Source: an uncultured Actinomycetes bacterium
GTDB taxonomy: Bacteria; Actinomycetota; UBA4738; HRBIN12
Reading direction: 5' to 3'
Assembly: GCA_963704725.1 (NCBI GenBank)
Contig: OY969934.1
Location: 2,784,001-2,848,000, forward strand
DNA: 64,000 nucleotides
Part shown: in pieces, positions 11,815 to 22,082 of the stretch
Position numbering within the stretch: position 1 is the stretch's first letter
How the letters are laid out: each line of letters starts with the position of its first letter
Notes under the pieces: model-generated
Database searches by the model: none
What the model saw: the letters and a program-made list of their open reading frames with translations, nothing else
What the model was told of the DNA's origin: nothing
Position numbers and translations under genes: made by a program

Positions 11815-14646
11815 TTATCCGACGTGCGAATCCACGACGACGTCGTCGAAATTGGTCGTCCATGTTCGAGCCGATGTGTCACCGATCTCGACGCGGCCCA
11901 CCGGGGTCGTACCCGTATCGGCGGCCCAGTCGTCGATCACCACGCCACCATCACGGAGGAGATCCCACGTGGTCGACGTTCCGATCGTCCCGCACAGCTC
12001 CACCGAGTGCCACCCAGGCGTCAGGCTTCCACTCGCGCTCCGCTGCACGCCGGACACGTCGGACTTCACGAAGAGCGTTCCGTTGGCGCTGAGGAACACG
12101 CGCGCGACGGGTCCGTTGGTCGCCGTCCGGAGCCGCATGACGACGATGGGTTCCGCCGCATGGCTCTCGACGTTCAGCGAGAGGCTCATGCAGACGGTGC
12201 TCTGGGGAGCTGCGAGATTCACGGCCGCAAACGCGCTCTGTCCGGCGACCGATCCCCGTGCGCTCGGCGGGGTCGTCGCCCCGTTCCCGGGATCGATCGT
12301 CAGGCGTGTGACGGTCGTCCAGGCCCCGAATCCGGCGCTCGAGAAGTCGTCGGCGAAGAACGCGGCGACCGTGGTGATGGGATCCGAAGAGGCACTCGCC
12401 GGGCCGGTGTTGTCGGACTCGTCCGTGGCGGTGACCATGTACGTGTGCGTGCTCCCCGGAGCGAGCCCCGAGTCATTGAAGCCGACGATGCCGGTCGAGC
12501 TGCTCACCACGGTCCCCACCGGGCTCGCGTCGCCGTCCCGGTAGACCCGATACGTCAACTCGGAGCTCACGTCGTCGGTCGATGCCGCCCATGAGAGGTC
12601 GATCGACGTGCCGGCGTTGCTGACGCCCGTCGGCTTGCCCGGCTGAGTGGGCGGCGTCGTGTCCGCCGCCGGAGCCGACGCGAATGCGAACAGGCCGCGG
12701 GAGGCCCAGTTGTAGCCGTCCACCGCGGGGCCACCGATCACGACGGGAGCGCCGGATGGACTGCCGTTCGCGAAGGCCACCCTCGAGAGGGCGCCGTTCG
12801 ACGAGGCGAAGTAGAGCTGCCCGCTCGACAGTGTCATCCCGCGCACCGCACCCCAATCGACGCCGTCGGCGTTCGTGCTCGAGACGAACAGGCTCGCGCC
12901 GACGATCTCGCTCTCGAAGGTGAAGTAGCGGTAGTACAGCCGCGGATCTCCCTGAACCGTGTAGTAGATCCGAGCGCCGTCGTAGAACATGCCGGTCGCG
13001 TTCTGGAGCTGGGTCGTGAACGCCGGAATCCGGATGGTGGTGCCGGGGATGAAGAAGCCGTTGGGCGGCTGGACGTTGAGCCCGTGCAGGTCGAGCGGGA
13101 TGGCCGGGCCGACCGTGGAACCGTCGAACGTGCGGCGGTAGAGGTTCCCGTCGCTCCACCCCGTGTAGAGCTGGCCGTCGAGAGCCAGCACGCCTCGCGC
13201 CTGCGACCAGTCGACCCCGGTGGGCACCACGGAAGCGGGGCCGAAGGTCGCCCCATCGTATCCGCGACGAACCATGTTCCCGCCCAGCTCGAGGTTGACC
13301 AGGTCGGCCGGGAGTGATGCGGTCTGGGCGACCGGCGGTGTCGATCCCCCCGCGACCGGGAGGAAGGCGAGCTTCTGGCGCGTTTCGTTGGCGAACAGGT
13401 CCGTATCGCTGCCGATCCACAGGCCCTGTGGCGTCGCGAGGAAGGCGAAGACGCCGTTGCCGCGCGAGCGGGTGGGGTCCCACGTGAACGGCATCCCATT
13501 GACCGGGTCGAGGGCGGCGATGCCGACCCGGTCGACGGCGCCCGGCCCGGGGTTGTCGCCGCGGTACGGGTTGTTCTGCCAGCGCTGGTGGCCCCCGGCG
13601 TACACCGCCGTGCCCGTCGCCGCGACCTGGGTGAGACTGTCCCCACCGGTCCAGTCGACCCAGGTCGGGGTGAGCCCGGACCCGGTCGCGGAGGTCTCCC
13701 ACCGCGAGATCGAGTCGCAGAGCCGGTTGGCCCGGTACGCCCCCGTGGTTCCGATCACGAAGTAGGAGCCATCCGGGGAGAAGTCCACGTCCCGCATATA
13801 GGTGTCGTAGGTCGGAGAGCACCACGAGGTGGTGGTGTTGGGGACGACCTGGGGGTACATGTCGGTCTGCCAGTTCGCGATCGTGGCGGACGTCGGGCCG
13901 AGGTCGAACATGACGATCTGCTTGTGGTCCGTTCCGCTGACCCGCTGGAAGTTGCCGATGGCGATCATCCGGGAGCCGTCCGGCGTGATGTCGAAGTTCA
14001 GGACGCGCTCCTTGTTACCGGTCCGAGGATCCGTGAAGGAGAAGTTCAGGTAGCTCGTGTCGACGTTGCCGGTCGTTGGGTCGAGCGTCGCCAGCGCCTG
14101 GATCGGAACCCCGCGGATGGCGGTGAACGATCCCGCCACGAACAGCCGATTGCCACGAAGTGCCATGTCGTGGACGAAACCGCCGGTGTTGGCGTTGAAC
14201 GCGGTGATCACCTGGCCCGTCGAGACGTTCAGCTTGACGATCTTGCGGCGGCTGACGCCGTTCACCGTGTTGAAGGCCCCGCTCGCGTAGACCGACCCGT
14301 CCGGCGCAGGCAGGAGCGCCAAGACCTTCGCATCGAGCACCGGCGCGAAGGTCAGGCTGATGACCCCCGTGGTGGCGTTGAAGGCGAACAGGTACGTCCG
14401 GGTCAGAGTCGTCGAGCTCCCTGCCTCCCGGACCTGGGTGAAGTCGCCCCCGACGACGATCGTGTCGCCGATCTGGACGATCGCGTTCACCTGCCCCCCG
14501 GCGGTCAGGACGTTCGGCGTCCAGTTCACAGGGTTGTCGCTCACGACGACGCCGTGAGGCGTATCCGTGGCCTCCGCCGCGACCGGCACCAGCCCCACCG
14601 CGGCAACGAGGCACACCACAGGCATCAACAACCGGCGTCGCACCAT
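11815..14646 (-). CDS. Secreted beta-propeller + FN3 + shared C-terminal beta-sandwich domain protein
   Basis: Signal peptide, propeller blades (IVVGGDFT, VYASGAFN, FVAGSFT), FN3 (DTTPPTQPG..LSWAAS..YRVYRDG..YMVTA.D), C-terminal FADDF...NFDDV domain. RBS GAGGAGG. Confidence 0.8.
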   Translation of the reverse strand: MVRRRLLMPVVCLVAAVGLVPVAAEATDTPHGVVVSDNPVNWTPNVLTAGGQVNAIVQIGDTIVVGGDFTQVREAGSSTTLTRTYLFAFNATTGVISLTFAPVLDAKVLALLPAPDGSVYASGAFNTVNGVSRRKIVKLNVSTGQVITAFNANTGGFVHDMALRGNRLFVAGSFTAIRGVPIQALATLDPTTGNVDTSYLNFSFTDPRTGNKERVLNFDITPDGSRMIAIGNFQRVSGTDHKQIVMFDLGPTSATIANWQTDMYPQVVPNTTTSWCSPTYDTYMRDVDFSPDGSYFVIGTTGAYRANRLCDSISRWETSATGSGLTPTWVDWTGGDSLTQVAATGTAVYAGGHQRWQNNPYRGDNPGPGAVDRVGIAALDPVNGMPFTWDPTRSRGNGVFAFLATPQGLWIGSDTDLFANETRQKLAFLPVAGGSTPPVAQTASLPADLVNLELGGNMVRRGYDGATFGPASVVPTGVDWSQARGVLALDGQLYTGWSDGNLYRRTFDGSTVGPAIPLDLHGLNVQPPNGFFIPGTTIRIPAFTTQLQNATGMFYDGARIYYTVQGDPRLYYRYFTFESEIVGASLFVSSTNADGVDWGAVRGMTLSSGQLYFASSNGALSRVAFANGSPSGAPVVIGGPAVDGYNWASRGLFAFASAPAADTTPPTQPGKPTGVSNAGTSIDLSWAASTDDVSSELTYRVYRDGDASPVGTVVSSSTGIVGFNDSGLAPGSTHTYMVTATDESDNTGPASASSDPITTVAAFFADDFSSAGFGAWTTVTRLTIDPGNGATTPPSARGSVAGQSAFAAVNLAAPQSTVCMSLSLNVESHAAEPIVVMRLRTATNGPVARVFLSANGTLFVKSDVSGVQRSASGSLTPGWHSVELCGTIGTSTTWDLLRDGGVVIDDWAADTGTTPVGRVEIGDTSARTWTTNFDDVVVDSHVG

Positions 14647-14918
14647 CCCGATCGGATCCTCCTCGAGTTCGAAATCCAGCCGCCGGGCGTTCGGAGGGCA
14701 CACCGCCGACTCCCGGGCCGTTCAACGTAGCTCGGGTGCCACTCAAACACATCCGTCGTTTGGACTACGGGCATGTGTCGTTTTGACCACCTTTCGGCGC
14801 ACGCCGGGACTCGTGAGCCCGGTGAACTCACCACCGGTGGAGCCGCGGCGCGGTGGACCGGAGGCCGGCCAGGAGCATAGGGTGGCCGCCGGGCGCAGCC
14901 ACGACGGGGGGAGCCGCC

Positions 14919-17108
14919 ATGGGAACGGACAGCGAGGCGCGGTCCAAGCGGTACGGGTCGGGGTTCGGATGGCCGCAGCGCCGGAGGTGGATGGGCCTCG
15001 CCTCCGCGATCCTGATCGGCAGCCTCACCCTCGTCGCCTCGCCGACGAAGAGCGGCGCGGCGCAACAGTGCGGTGCCTCGGCCGGATACAGCATCTGCCT
15101 GAACGTCCCGACCGGCACCCTGAGCGGGGACGTCACCATCTCGGTCACCGTGAACGGATCCACCGCCGGCATCAGCGAGATGATCTTCTCGTGGGGGGCG
15201 ACCGCCTCGAACGCCAACCAGCTCCTCAGCGACTTCGAGGCTCCCTACACGTTCGTGTGGCGAACGTCTCAGTACCTCGACGCGACCCAGTTCGTGAACG
15301 CCCGCGTGGAGCGCGGCGGCACGACGGTCGGCGCGCCGGTGGCGCTGCAGACGACCCTCGAGAACGGGAACGACGCCAGCGTGCCGCAGAGTCCGGCGGA
15401 CTGGAGCCAGCTGTTCTCCCCGCGACCCGCGTCCGGGGATCCCGTGGTCGCGGCCGCCGGCGACGGGGGCGACGGAACCACGCGATCCAACGCCCTCGCC
15501 GCATCTGTCGGGGCATCGGAGGCATCGGTCCTGCTGTACCTCGGCGACCTCTACGAGCGGGGGACGGCGGCGGAGTTCGACTTCAACTACGGGCGTTCGT
15601 CGTTCGAAGCGGGCGCGCGCCAGTGGGGAGCTCTCGCCCGGTGGACCAAGCCGACCCTCGGCAATCACGAGGGATTCAACATCCCGACCTGGCGCAACTA
15701 CTGGCACGGCCGCCCGAACTGGGAAACGTTCGTCTACGGCGGCGTCCGGTTCTTCGACCTCAACAGCGAATGCAACCGTGTCGGCGGCTGCGGGACGGCG
15801 AGCGCGCAGTATCGATTCGTGGCCAACGCGCTCGCGGCCAACACGCAGAGCTGCATCGTCGCCTTCTGGCATCGCCCGGTCCTCAGCGTGTGGCAGGACA
15901 CCCCGACGATGGAACCGCTCTGGAAGCTGCTCGCCGACAACGGCGGCGACCTGGTTCTCGACGGTCACGACCACACAGCGCTGCGAACCGCCCCCCTGAA
16001 CGCCGCGCTCCAGGTGGGGCAGCCCGACTCCCACATGGTCCAGCTCACGGTGGGAACGGCCGGACACCAGCTCACGTCCGTGTCGGACAACGACCCACGG
16101 TACGCGTGGCACCTGACGGGCACGGCCGGCGCCGCCTACCTCACGCTCGTCGGCGGAGCATCCGGCCAGGCCGGCCGACTCGACGTAGAGTTCCGCAACC
16201 AGACCGGTGCGGTCGCCCCCGGCTCGGCGTTCAGCGTCGACTGTGGAGGTGCCCCGGACGTCTCACCGCCGAGCGTCCCCGGAACGCCTGTGGGATCGAG
16301 CACAACCCAGGGCGCGATCGACCTGATCTGGGCGGCCTCCACGGACGATCGCGCGACCGCCATCACCTACCGCGTCTACCGCGACGACGGGTCCCTTCCC
16401 GTCGGAAGCGTCACGAGCGCGTCGAGCTCGACCGTCTCGTTCACCGACTCGGAGCTGGCGGGCGGATCCACCCACACGTATCGGGTCGACGCGGGCGACG
16501 GCAGCAACTGGAGCGACCCGAGCGCCGCATCGGATCCGATCACCGTCGTGGAGGCTCCCGGCCCGGTCTTCCAGGACGGCTTCGACGCCGGTCTGGCCCA
16601 GTGGACGAGCGTCACGAACCTGACGGTGGACGCCGCGAACTTCCCGCCGAGCGGCTCGGCGCCGAGCGTGCGGGCCTCGGTGAGCAACCTCCGGGCCTTC
16701 GCCTACCACGACCTCGGCGCGTCCTATCCCTCGCTCTGCGCGAGCGAGGCCGTGAACCTGTCCTCGATCTCGGGCAGCGCCGTGGCGCTGCTGAAGATGC
16801 GCACGGCCACGAACCAGTCCGTGGGCCGGGTGTTCGCCAATCCCTCCCGCGTCCTGCACGTGCGTGCGGACATCCCGGGGATCACGTTCTCCTCCGGCGT
16901 CGCGCTGCCCGCAGGCTGGAGCACGGTCCGTCTGTGCGGTGTCGTCGGGACGTCGGGGACCTGGACGCTGTTCCTGAACGGCTCGCAGATCGGCTCATGG
17001 AGCGCGAACAACGGCACCGCGCCGATCACGCGGGTGCAGATCGGCGACGACGCCGCCAAGACCGTCACGCTCAACATCGATGACGTGGTGGTGACCGACG
17101 CCGTCTGA
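14919..17108 (+). CDS. Secreted calcineurin-like metallophosphoesterase with Ig-like, FN3 and shared C-terminal domain
   Basis: Metallophosphoesterase motifs AAGD, LGDLYE, LGNHE, WHRP, GHDH; N-terminal signal; FN3. Start could be 14853. Confidence 0.85.
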   Translation: MGTDSEARSKRYGSGFGWPQRRRWMGLASAILIGSLTLVASPTKSGAAQQCGASAGYSICLNVPTGTLSGDVTISVTVNGSTAGISEMIFSWGATASNANQLLSDFEAPYTFVWRTSQYLDATQFVNARVERGGTTVGAPVALQTTLENGNDASVPQSPADWSQLFSPRPASGDPVVAAAGDGGDGTTRSNALAASVGASEASVLLYLGDLYERGTAAEFDFNYGRSSFEAGARQWGALARWTKPTLGNHEGFNIPTWRNYWHGRPNWETFVYGGVRFFDLNSECNRVGGCGTASAQYRFVANALAANTQSCIVAFWHRPVLSVWQDTPTMEPLWKLLADNGGDLVLDGHDHTALRTAPLNAALQVGQPDSHMVQLTVGTAGHQLTSVSDNDPRYAWHLTGTAGAAYLTLVGGASGQAGRLDVEFRNQTGAVAPGSAFSVDCGGAPDVSPPSVPGTPVGSSTTQGAIDLIWAASTDDRATAITYRVYRDDGSLPVGSVTSASSSTVSFTDSELAGGSTHTYRVDAGDGSNWSDPSAASDPITVVEAPGPVFQDGFDAGLAQWTSVTNLTVDAANFPPSGSAPSVRASVSNLRAFAYHDLGASYPSLCASEAVNLSSISGSAVALLKMRTATNQSVGRVFANPSRVLHVRADIPGITFSSGVALPAGWSTVRLCGVVGTSGTWTLFLNGSQIGSWSANNGTAPITRVQIGDDAAKTVTLNIDDVVVTDAV
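16557..17108 (+). repeat. 552-bp direct repeat, copy 1 (C-terminal domain coding sequence)
   Basis: Identical by eye to 19612-20163 (offset 3055); alternative-frame translations in the ORF track are also identical. Confidence 0.95.
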
Positions 17109-17177
17109 GACGGCCCGGTCCCCGGGCATGCGGGCAGTATGGTTACGCGGCGATCGCCTTCTCCGGTGCGTCGGGGC

Positions 17178-18209
17178 TCACGGTTTCGGAGACCTCGTCG
17201 GCGTCGGTGAGGGCGACGGGTTCGGTGAGGACCCCTGCACGAAGTGGGGGTCGCGACCCATCTGGCCGAACGCGTTCAGGGCCGAGGTCGAGCTCCGGAC
17301 TCGCCAGTCATACTCGCGCCTGCTGTCGAAGTACACGACCGCCCGTATGTTGGGGAACTGCGTCTTCAAGGCGTCGCGCGCTGCGAGGAACCACGCGGCC
17401 TTGTCGCCGGCGTTCCGCTCCAAGACGCCGTACTCCGCGATCAGCAGCGGCTTGCCGCGCGCGGTTCCCCAGTCATAGAAGGACTGGAAGATCGTGGCGA
17501 AGCTCCGCCACGGGTCGCCGGCCCGGCCGGGCGCCCAGTTGTAGCCGTCGGAGCAGATCCAGTCGACGAAGGAGTCGCCGGGGTAGTACGGCTGCGCCGC
17601 TCCGCTCTGGAACCCGTAGGCGGTGGGGCACCACGCCCAGCTCACGTTGGTCGCGCCCCGCGCCCGGAAGATCGAGACGATGTGCTTCCAGGCGGCGACG
17701 AACTTCGTCGGCGACTTGGACCAGCTCGCGTTCGACGTTCCGTCCATCTCCGATCCCCAGCGGATGAACACCGGCCGCCCCAGCGCCGCCACGGCGTCGG
17801 CGCGGGCACGGATCCACGCGTCTTGGGAGCCGCCGTTGATGGCGTCCGTGTCGAAGCCCTTCCACGCGATGAGGGGGATCCGTCCCCCGTTGAGCTGCCA
17901 GCTCTCCCACCATCCGGGGAACGAGCCGTTCCACCGGTAGAAGAGTTGAGCGATGTCGAGCCCTCGGCCGATGTCGCGCTCGAGGTTGAGATAGGCGTTC
18001 CGTTGGTCGGCCGCCGTCCACGTGCTGACGGGGGGCGTGTACGTGCCGAAATATGCCTTGCCCGGAGCCGGCAGCGCAACGGCGGCCGACGTCGCTTTGG
18101 CGCTCGTCAGCCACCGCGATCCGACGGGCGAGACGACGGCGAACACCAAGAAGAGGATCAGGACAACTCGCTGCCAACTCACCCCACGCACGTCACTTCG
18201 AAGGCTCAT
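17178..18209 (-). CDS. Secreted glycoside hydrolase family 26-like protein
   Basis: FIRWGSEMDG (acid/base), AWCP, YYPGDSFVDW..DGYNW, LIAEYG (nucleophile); ends in a Pro/Ser linker. Confidence 0.85.
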   Translation of the reverse strand: MSLRSDVRGVSWQRVVLILFLVFAVVSPVGSRWLTSAKATSAAVALPAPGKAYFGTYTPPVSTWTAADQRNAYLNLERDIGRGLDIAQLFYRWNGSFPGWWESWQLNGGRIPLIAWKGFDTDAINGGSQDAWIRARADAVAALGRPVFIRWGSEMDGTSNASWSKSPTKFVAAWKHIVSIFRARGATNVSWAWCPTAYGFQSGAAQPYYPGDSFVDWICSDGYNWAPGRAGDPWRSFATIFQSFYDWGTARGKPLLIAEYGVLERNAGDKAAWFLAARDALKTQFPNIRAVVYFDSRREYDWRVRSSTSALNAFGQMGRDPHFVQGSSPNPSPSPTPTRSPKP

Positions 18210-18585
18210 CGCGCCCTCCTTTTCGGTGTAGGTCGGATCGATGGATCCGACGCGCCTACCGGGATGATCCTTCTTGCTCCCCCCACCTCCTCATCCTTCC
18301 CCGTCGCCGTGGTGAGCCAAAAGTCCCTCCCGTGCAGGGACCTCTCGGCGCGCGCGCGAAGACATCGAGCCGTCGGGGGGGGGAGGGTTTCGTGCGAACG
18401 CACGAGCTTCACGGATCGCGAGCCGTCGCGGCTACCGCACTGTCGAGCCTTGGAGCCTACGTTCCTGGGCGGTGGGGATGCAAGCATCGCCGCGATACCC
18501 ATCGATGCGGTGCTCCCTCGTGCAATGCTCGTAGGCCCCTTGACCGACGGATGTACCCTGGGTCCGCGGAGAGGGGGATGACGCA

Positions 18586-20163
18586 GTGACCCACGGCGAA
18601 TTCGTCGCACCGGTTCACGCACGCCACCACCGCTTGCGCGGAGCCGTCGTCTTCGTGCTCGGGATGGCGTTGGTCGTCACGTCGACGATCCCGGCGACGG
18701 CCGTCGCGCGGCCGGCCGGCCCGCTCGCTCGCGAATCGGGCGCATGGTTCGGCGCGACCGCGAATCAGAACCTCGCCGACGGCGGATCGGGAACGCGCTC
18801 GGAGGTCCAGGCGCTCGAGACCGACCTCGGCAGGAAGATCGACGTCGACAGCCGCTTCTACACCTGGAACCAGCAGATGCCCTCCGCCCAGGAGGCATGG
18901 GATCTCGCGAACGGCAGGATCCCGATGCTCACGTGGGGCAAACCCGACGTCCTCACGATCACGTCGGGGTCCCAGGACGTCTGGATCCGGGCGCAGGCGC
19001 AGCGTCTCGCCCAGCTGCCGGGTCCGTTCTTCTTCCGATACTGGGCCGAGATGGACGCGGACTCGACTGCGTCGAAGGTTCACTCGCCCTCAGACTTCAT
19101 CGCGGCGTGGCGCCGGGTGCACGACATCTTCGTCCAGGAGGGCGCGACGAACGCCGTATGGGTCTGGTGTCCCACCGCGTGGAAGTTCGTGACGGGCGGC
19201 CCGTTTCCCCCCGTCTTCTATCCGGGAGACGCCTACGTCGACTGGGTCGCGGCGGACGGGTACAACTGGGCCCCGAACAAGCCGGGCACGCAGTGGCGGT
19301 CGTTCGCCCAGATCTTCCAGGCCTTCTACGACTGGGCCGCCACCGCGGGGAAGCCGATCATGATCGCGGAGACGGGGGTCCTCGAGCGCAATCCGGGCGA
19401 CAAGGCAGCGTGGATCACCGATGCGCGGAACATCCTGGAGACGAGCTTCGCCATGGTGCAGGCCTTCGTGTACTTCGACACGCAGCTCGTCCACTCGGGG
19501 ATCACCTACAACTGGCGCCCCGACTCGTCGACGACCTCGTACAACGCCTTCAAGGCGATGGCCACCGACCCGTACTTCAATCCGGGGTCGGCGCCTCCGC
19601 CCCCGCCACCCCCCGGCCCGGTCTTCCAGGACGGCTTCGACGCCGGTCTGGCCCAGTGGACGAGCGTCACGAACCTGACGGTGGACGCCGCGAACTTCCC
19701 GCCGAGCGGCTCGGCGCCGAGCGTGCGGGCCTCGGTGAGCAACCTCCGGGCCTTCGCCTACCACGACCTCGGCGCGTCCTATCCCTCGCTCTGCGCGAGC
19801 GAGGCCGTGAACCTGTCCTCGATCTCGGGCAGCGCCGTGGCGCTGCTGAAGATGCGCACGGCCACGAACCAGTCCGTGGGCCGGGTGTTCGCCAATCCCT
19901 CCCGCGTCCTGCACGTGCGTGCGGACATCCCGGGGATCACGTTCTCCTCCGGCGTCGCGCTGCCCGCAGGCTGGAGCACGGTCCGTCTGTGCGGTGTCGT
20001 CGGGACGTCGGGGACCTGGACGCTGTTCCTGAACGGCTCGCAGATCGGCTCATGGAGCGCGAACAACGGCACCGCGCCGATCACGCGGGTGCAGATCGGC
20101 GACGACGCCGCCAAGACCGTCACGCTCAACATCGATGACGTGGTGGTGACCGACGCCGTCTGA
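18586..20163 (+). CDS. Secreted GH26-like glycoside hydrolase with shared C-terminal domain
   Basis: RYWAEMD, WVWCP, FYPGDAYVDW..DGYNW, MIAETG; poly-Pro linker; duplicated C-terminal domain. Confidence 0.87.
   Translation: MTHGEFVAPVHARHHRLRGAVVFVLGMALVVTSTIPATAVARPAGPLARESGAWFGATANQNLADGGSGTRSEVQALETDLGRKIDVDSRFYTWNQQMPSAQEAWDLANGRIPMLTWGKPDVLTITSGSQDVWIRAQAQRLAQLPGPFFFRYWAEMDADSTASKVHSPSDFIAAWRRVHDIFVQEGATNAVWVWCPTAWKFVTGGPFPPVFYPGDAYVDWVAADGYNWAPNKPGTQWRSFAQIFQAFYDWAATAGKPIMIAETGVLERNPGDKAAWITDARNILETSFAMVQAFVYFDTQLVHSGITYNWRPDSSTTSYNAFKAMATDPYFNPGSAPPPPPPPGPVFQDGFDAGLAQWTSVTNLTVDAANFPPSGSAPSVRASVSNLRAFAYHDLGASYPSLCASEAVNLSSISGSAVALLKMRTATNQSVGRVFANPSRVLHVRADIPGITFSSGVALPAGWSTVRLCGVVGTSGTWTLFLNGSQIGSWSANNGTAPITRVQIGDDAAKTVTLNIDDVVVTDAV
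19612..20163 (+). repeat. 552-bp direct repeat, copy 2
   Basis: Identical by eye to 16557-17108; identity ends exactly at the TGA stop. Confidence 0.95.
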
Positions 20164-20181
20164 CGTATCGTGGGCGCCGAC

Positions 20182-21017
20182 CTAGGAGATCTCGGGAAAG
20201 CCGTTGGGCGACAGCGCCGGTTCGTCCGTCCAGAACGTTGCGGCACCCACCTGACTCCCCGACCGGCCGATCTGGAACCGGTCGACCGGACCACCGAGGA
20301 CCCGTCCCACGGCCGAGGTCGTCGATTCGGTCGGGTTCGCGGATCCCCCGTCATGGAAGAGCCGCAGCACGAGGACGCTTTCGGCCTGATCAACGAACCA
20401 CTCGAGCCGAACCCACCGGCCCGTGGCGATCTTCTGTTTGGTCACCAGGGCGCTCCCGTTGCCTGAGTCGACGACGCGGACCCATCCGCCCGAGAGGACG
20501 TCGATGGCGAACCGAAGGGTTCCGGAGCCGGTTCCCTGAACGATCCGCGCGGCCGATCCCGGTAAGAGTCGAACCAGACATAGACGCGGCCGCACCACGC
20601 GCGCTGGGACGTCGGCACGCTCCAGCCGTAGTACGAGTCCTCGCCGGGGCCGACGACGTGCCGGGCGGACGCACCACGGACCGCGCGACCGGCGTCGTAC
20701 GTGAGCGACGCGCCGCCCGTGACGGAGACCACGCCGAAAGCCGTTCCGCTCAGCCCACCCGAGGTCGACGACGTGACCGGTGCGCCCTGCGGGCCGGCAT
20801 CGAGGGTGTTCGACCATGCGCCGATCGAACCTGGGCTCGGACTCGGCGAAGGGGCGGGCGACGGGCTGGGAACCGGGGTCAGGCTCGGCAAGGGGTTCGG
20901 ACTCGCCGACGGGCCCGGGGCCGTGATCGTCGGCCCCAGGTACGGATCCGCGCCGATCGCCCGCGCCTCGGACCGACGCCCCTCGGCGTTCCACGTCAAT
21001 CGGTCCGGGCGGGTCAC
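20182..21017 (-). pseudogene. Truncated, frameshifted remnant of a secreted glycan-related protein (GH26 tail + Pro/Ser linker + beta-sandwich domain)
   Basis: RAIGADPYL resembles the GH26 end motifs of its paralogs, then a PS linker. One frame reads ..RVYVWFDS and another continues LPGSAARIV..RWVRLEW..FWTDE; 1-nt shift near 20568. Confidence 0.6.
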
Positions 21018-21054
21018 CGCCTTCAGGGAGGGCAGGGAATCCGATCGAGCTAGT

Positions 21055-22082
21055 TGTTCCGCTCCACGGCATCATTGACGGACCCGGTCGATCGGTCGGG
21101 CGCCGTTCAAGCCGCCATGTGGACGCTCGCGATTGTAGAAGTCGACGAACGGCTGGAGCGCTGCCGAGCGAGCTGAGTCGGATCGATAGGGCCTCGCGTA
21201 GGCCCAGCCGTTCAGCAGGATCTTGACCATCGCCTCCGCCTTGCCGTTGGTCCGTGGCGTGTAGGGCCGGGTCCGGATGTGCCGGATCTGCCGGCGCCCG
21301 AGCTCGGCGGGGAACGCGAGCGAGCGGTAGGGATTCCCGTTGTCGGTCATCACGCGCCGGACGGTGATCTGGTGCCCGGCGTAGAACTCCAGGGCCCGTC
21401 CGAGGAATGCGACGGCGGTCTCGGGCCGCTCATCGGGCAGCTCCTCGACGTAGGCGAGCCGAGAGTGGTCGTCCACGGCGACGTGGACGACGCTCCATCC
21501 CAAGCGCGTCTTGCGGCCCCTCTGCGAGAGGTCGAAGCGCCAGCCGGCGCTGCGGCCCATCCGGCCGATCTTCTTGGTGTCCAGGTGCACGAGATCACCC
21601 GGGGTGGGCCACTCGTAGCGGTTCGGATCGGGGCGTGGCTCAAGACGCGGCAGCCGCTGCAGCCCGAGCCGGCGGAGCACCCGGTAGACGCTGGATCGGG
21701 CCAGATGCAGCATCCAGGCGATCCGGTGCGACCCCAGGCGCTGGCGCCGCAGCCGTTCGATCTGCCGCACGACCGAAGCACCGAGCCGTCGGTGGATCGT
21801 CCGGGGCCGTGTCGACCGATCCGAAAGACCCACCTCACCGAGCTCGCGGTACCGCCCGACCCACTTGGAGGCCGTCTGACGACTCACGTTGGCGGCGCGG
21901 GCCGCCGCCGTCACCGTCCAACCCTGCTCCTGCACCCGGAGCGCGATCGTCAGGTGCGAGTGAACCGACAACCGGGCGCTGCCATGCTGAGCCATGAGGG
22001 CCCTCCTCTCGGTCCGTGGCTTGGACACCTCGAACCGAAGGGCAGGGCCCTCTACGTGTCAATGATGTGGTGGGGCGGAAGA
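21055..22082 (-). mobile_element. IS481-family insertion sequence (~1028 bp)
   Basis: Imperfect terminal inverted repeats (GTCAATGATG..GTGG.GCGGAA.A), TGT terminus, and 6-bp target duplication GCTAGT at 21049-21054 and 22083-22088 (NCTAGN pattern typical of IS481). Confidence 0.92.
21072..21995 (-). CDS. IS481-family transposase
   Basis: N-terminal HTH (VSRQTASKWVGRY..GL.DRS.RP); integrase core LVHLDTKK, VDDHSR, VMTDNG, PRTNGKAE, YN.ERPH. Confidence 0.95.
   Translation of the reverse strand: MAQHGSARLSVHSHLTIALRVQEQGWTVTAAARAANVSRQTASKWVGRYRELGEVGLSDRSTRPRTIHRRLGASVVRQIERLRRQRLGSHRIAWMLHLARSSVYRVLRRLGLQRLPRLEPRPDPNRYEWPTPGDLVHLDTKKIGRMGRSAGWRFDLSQRGRKTRLGWSVVHVAVDDHSRLAYVEELPDERPETAVAFLGRALEFYAGHQITVRRVMTDNGNPYRSLAFPAELGRRQIRHIRTRPYTPRTNGKAEAMVKILLNGWAYARPYRSDSARSAALQPFVDFYNRERPHGGLNGARPIDRVRQ

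Noticed and set aside
16557-20163. Diversity-generating retroelement TR/VR pair
   Set aside because: The copies look identical with no adenine-specific mismatches, both are coding, and no reverse transcriptase is present in the window.
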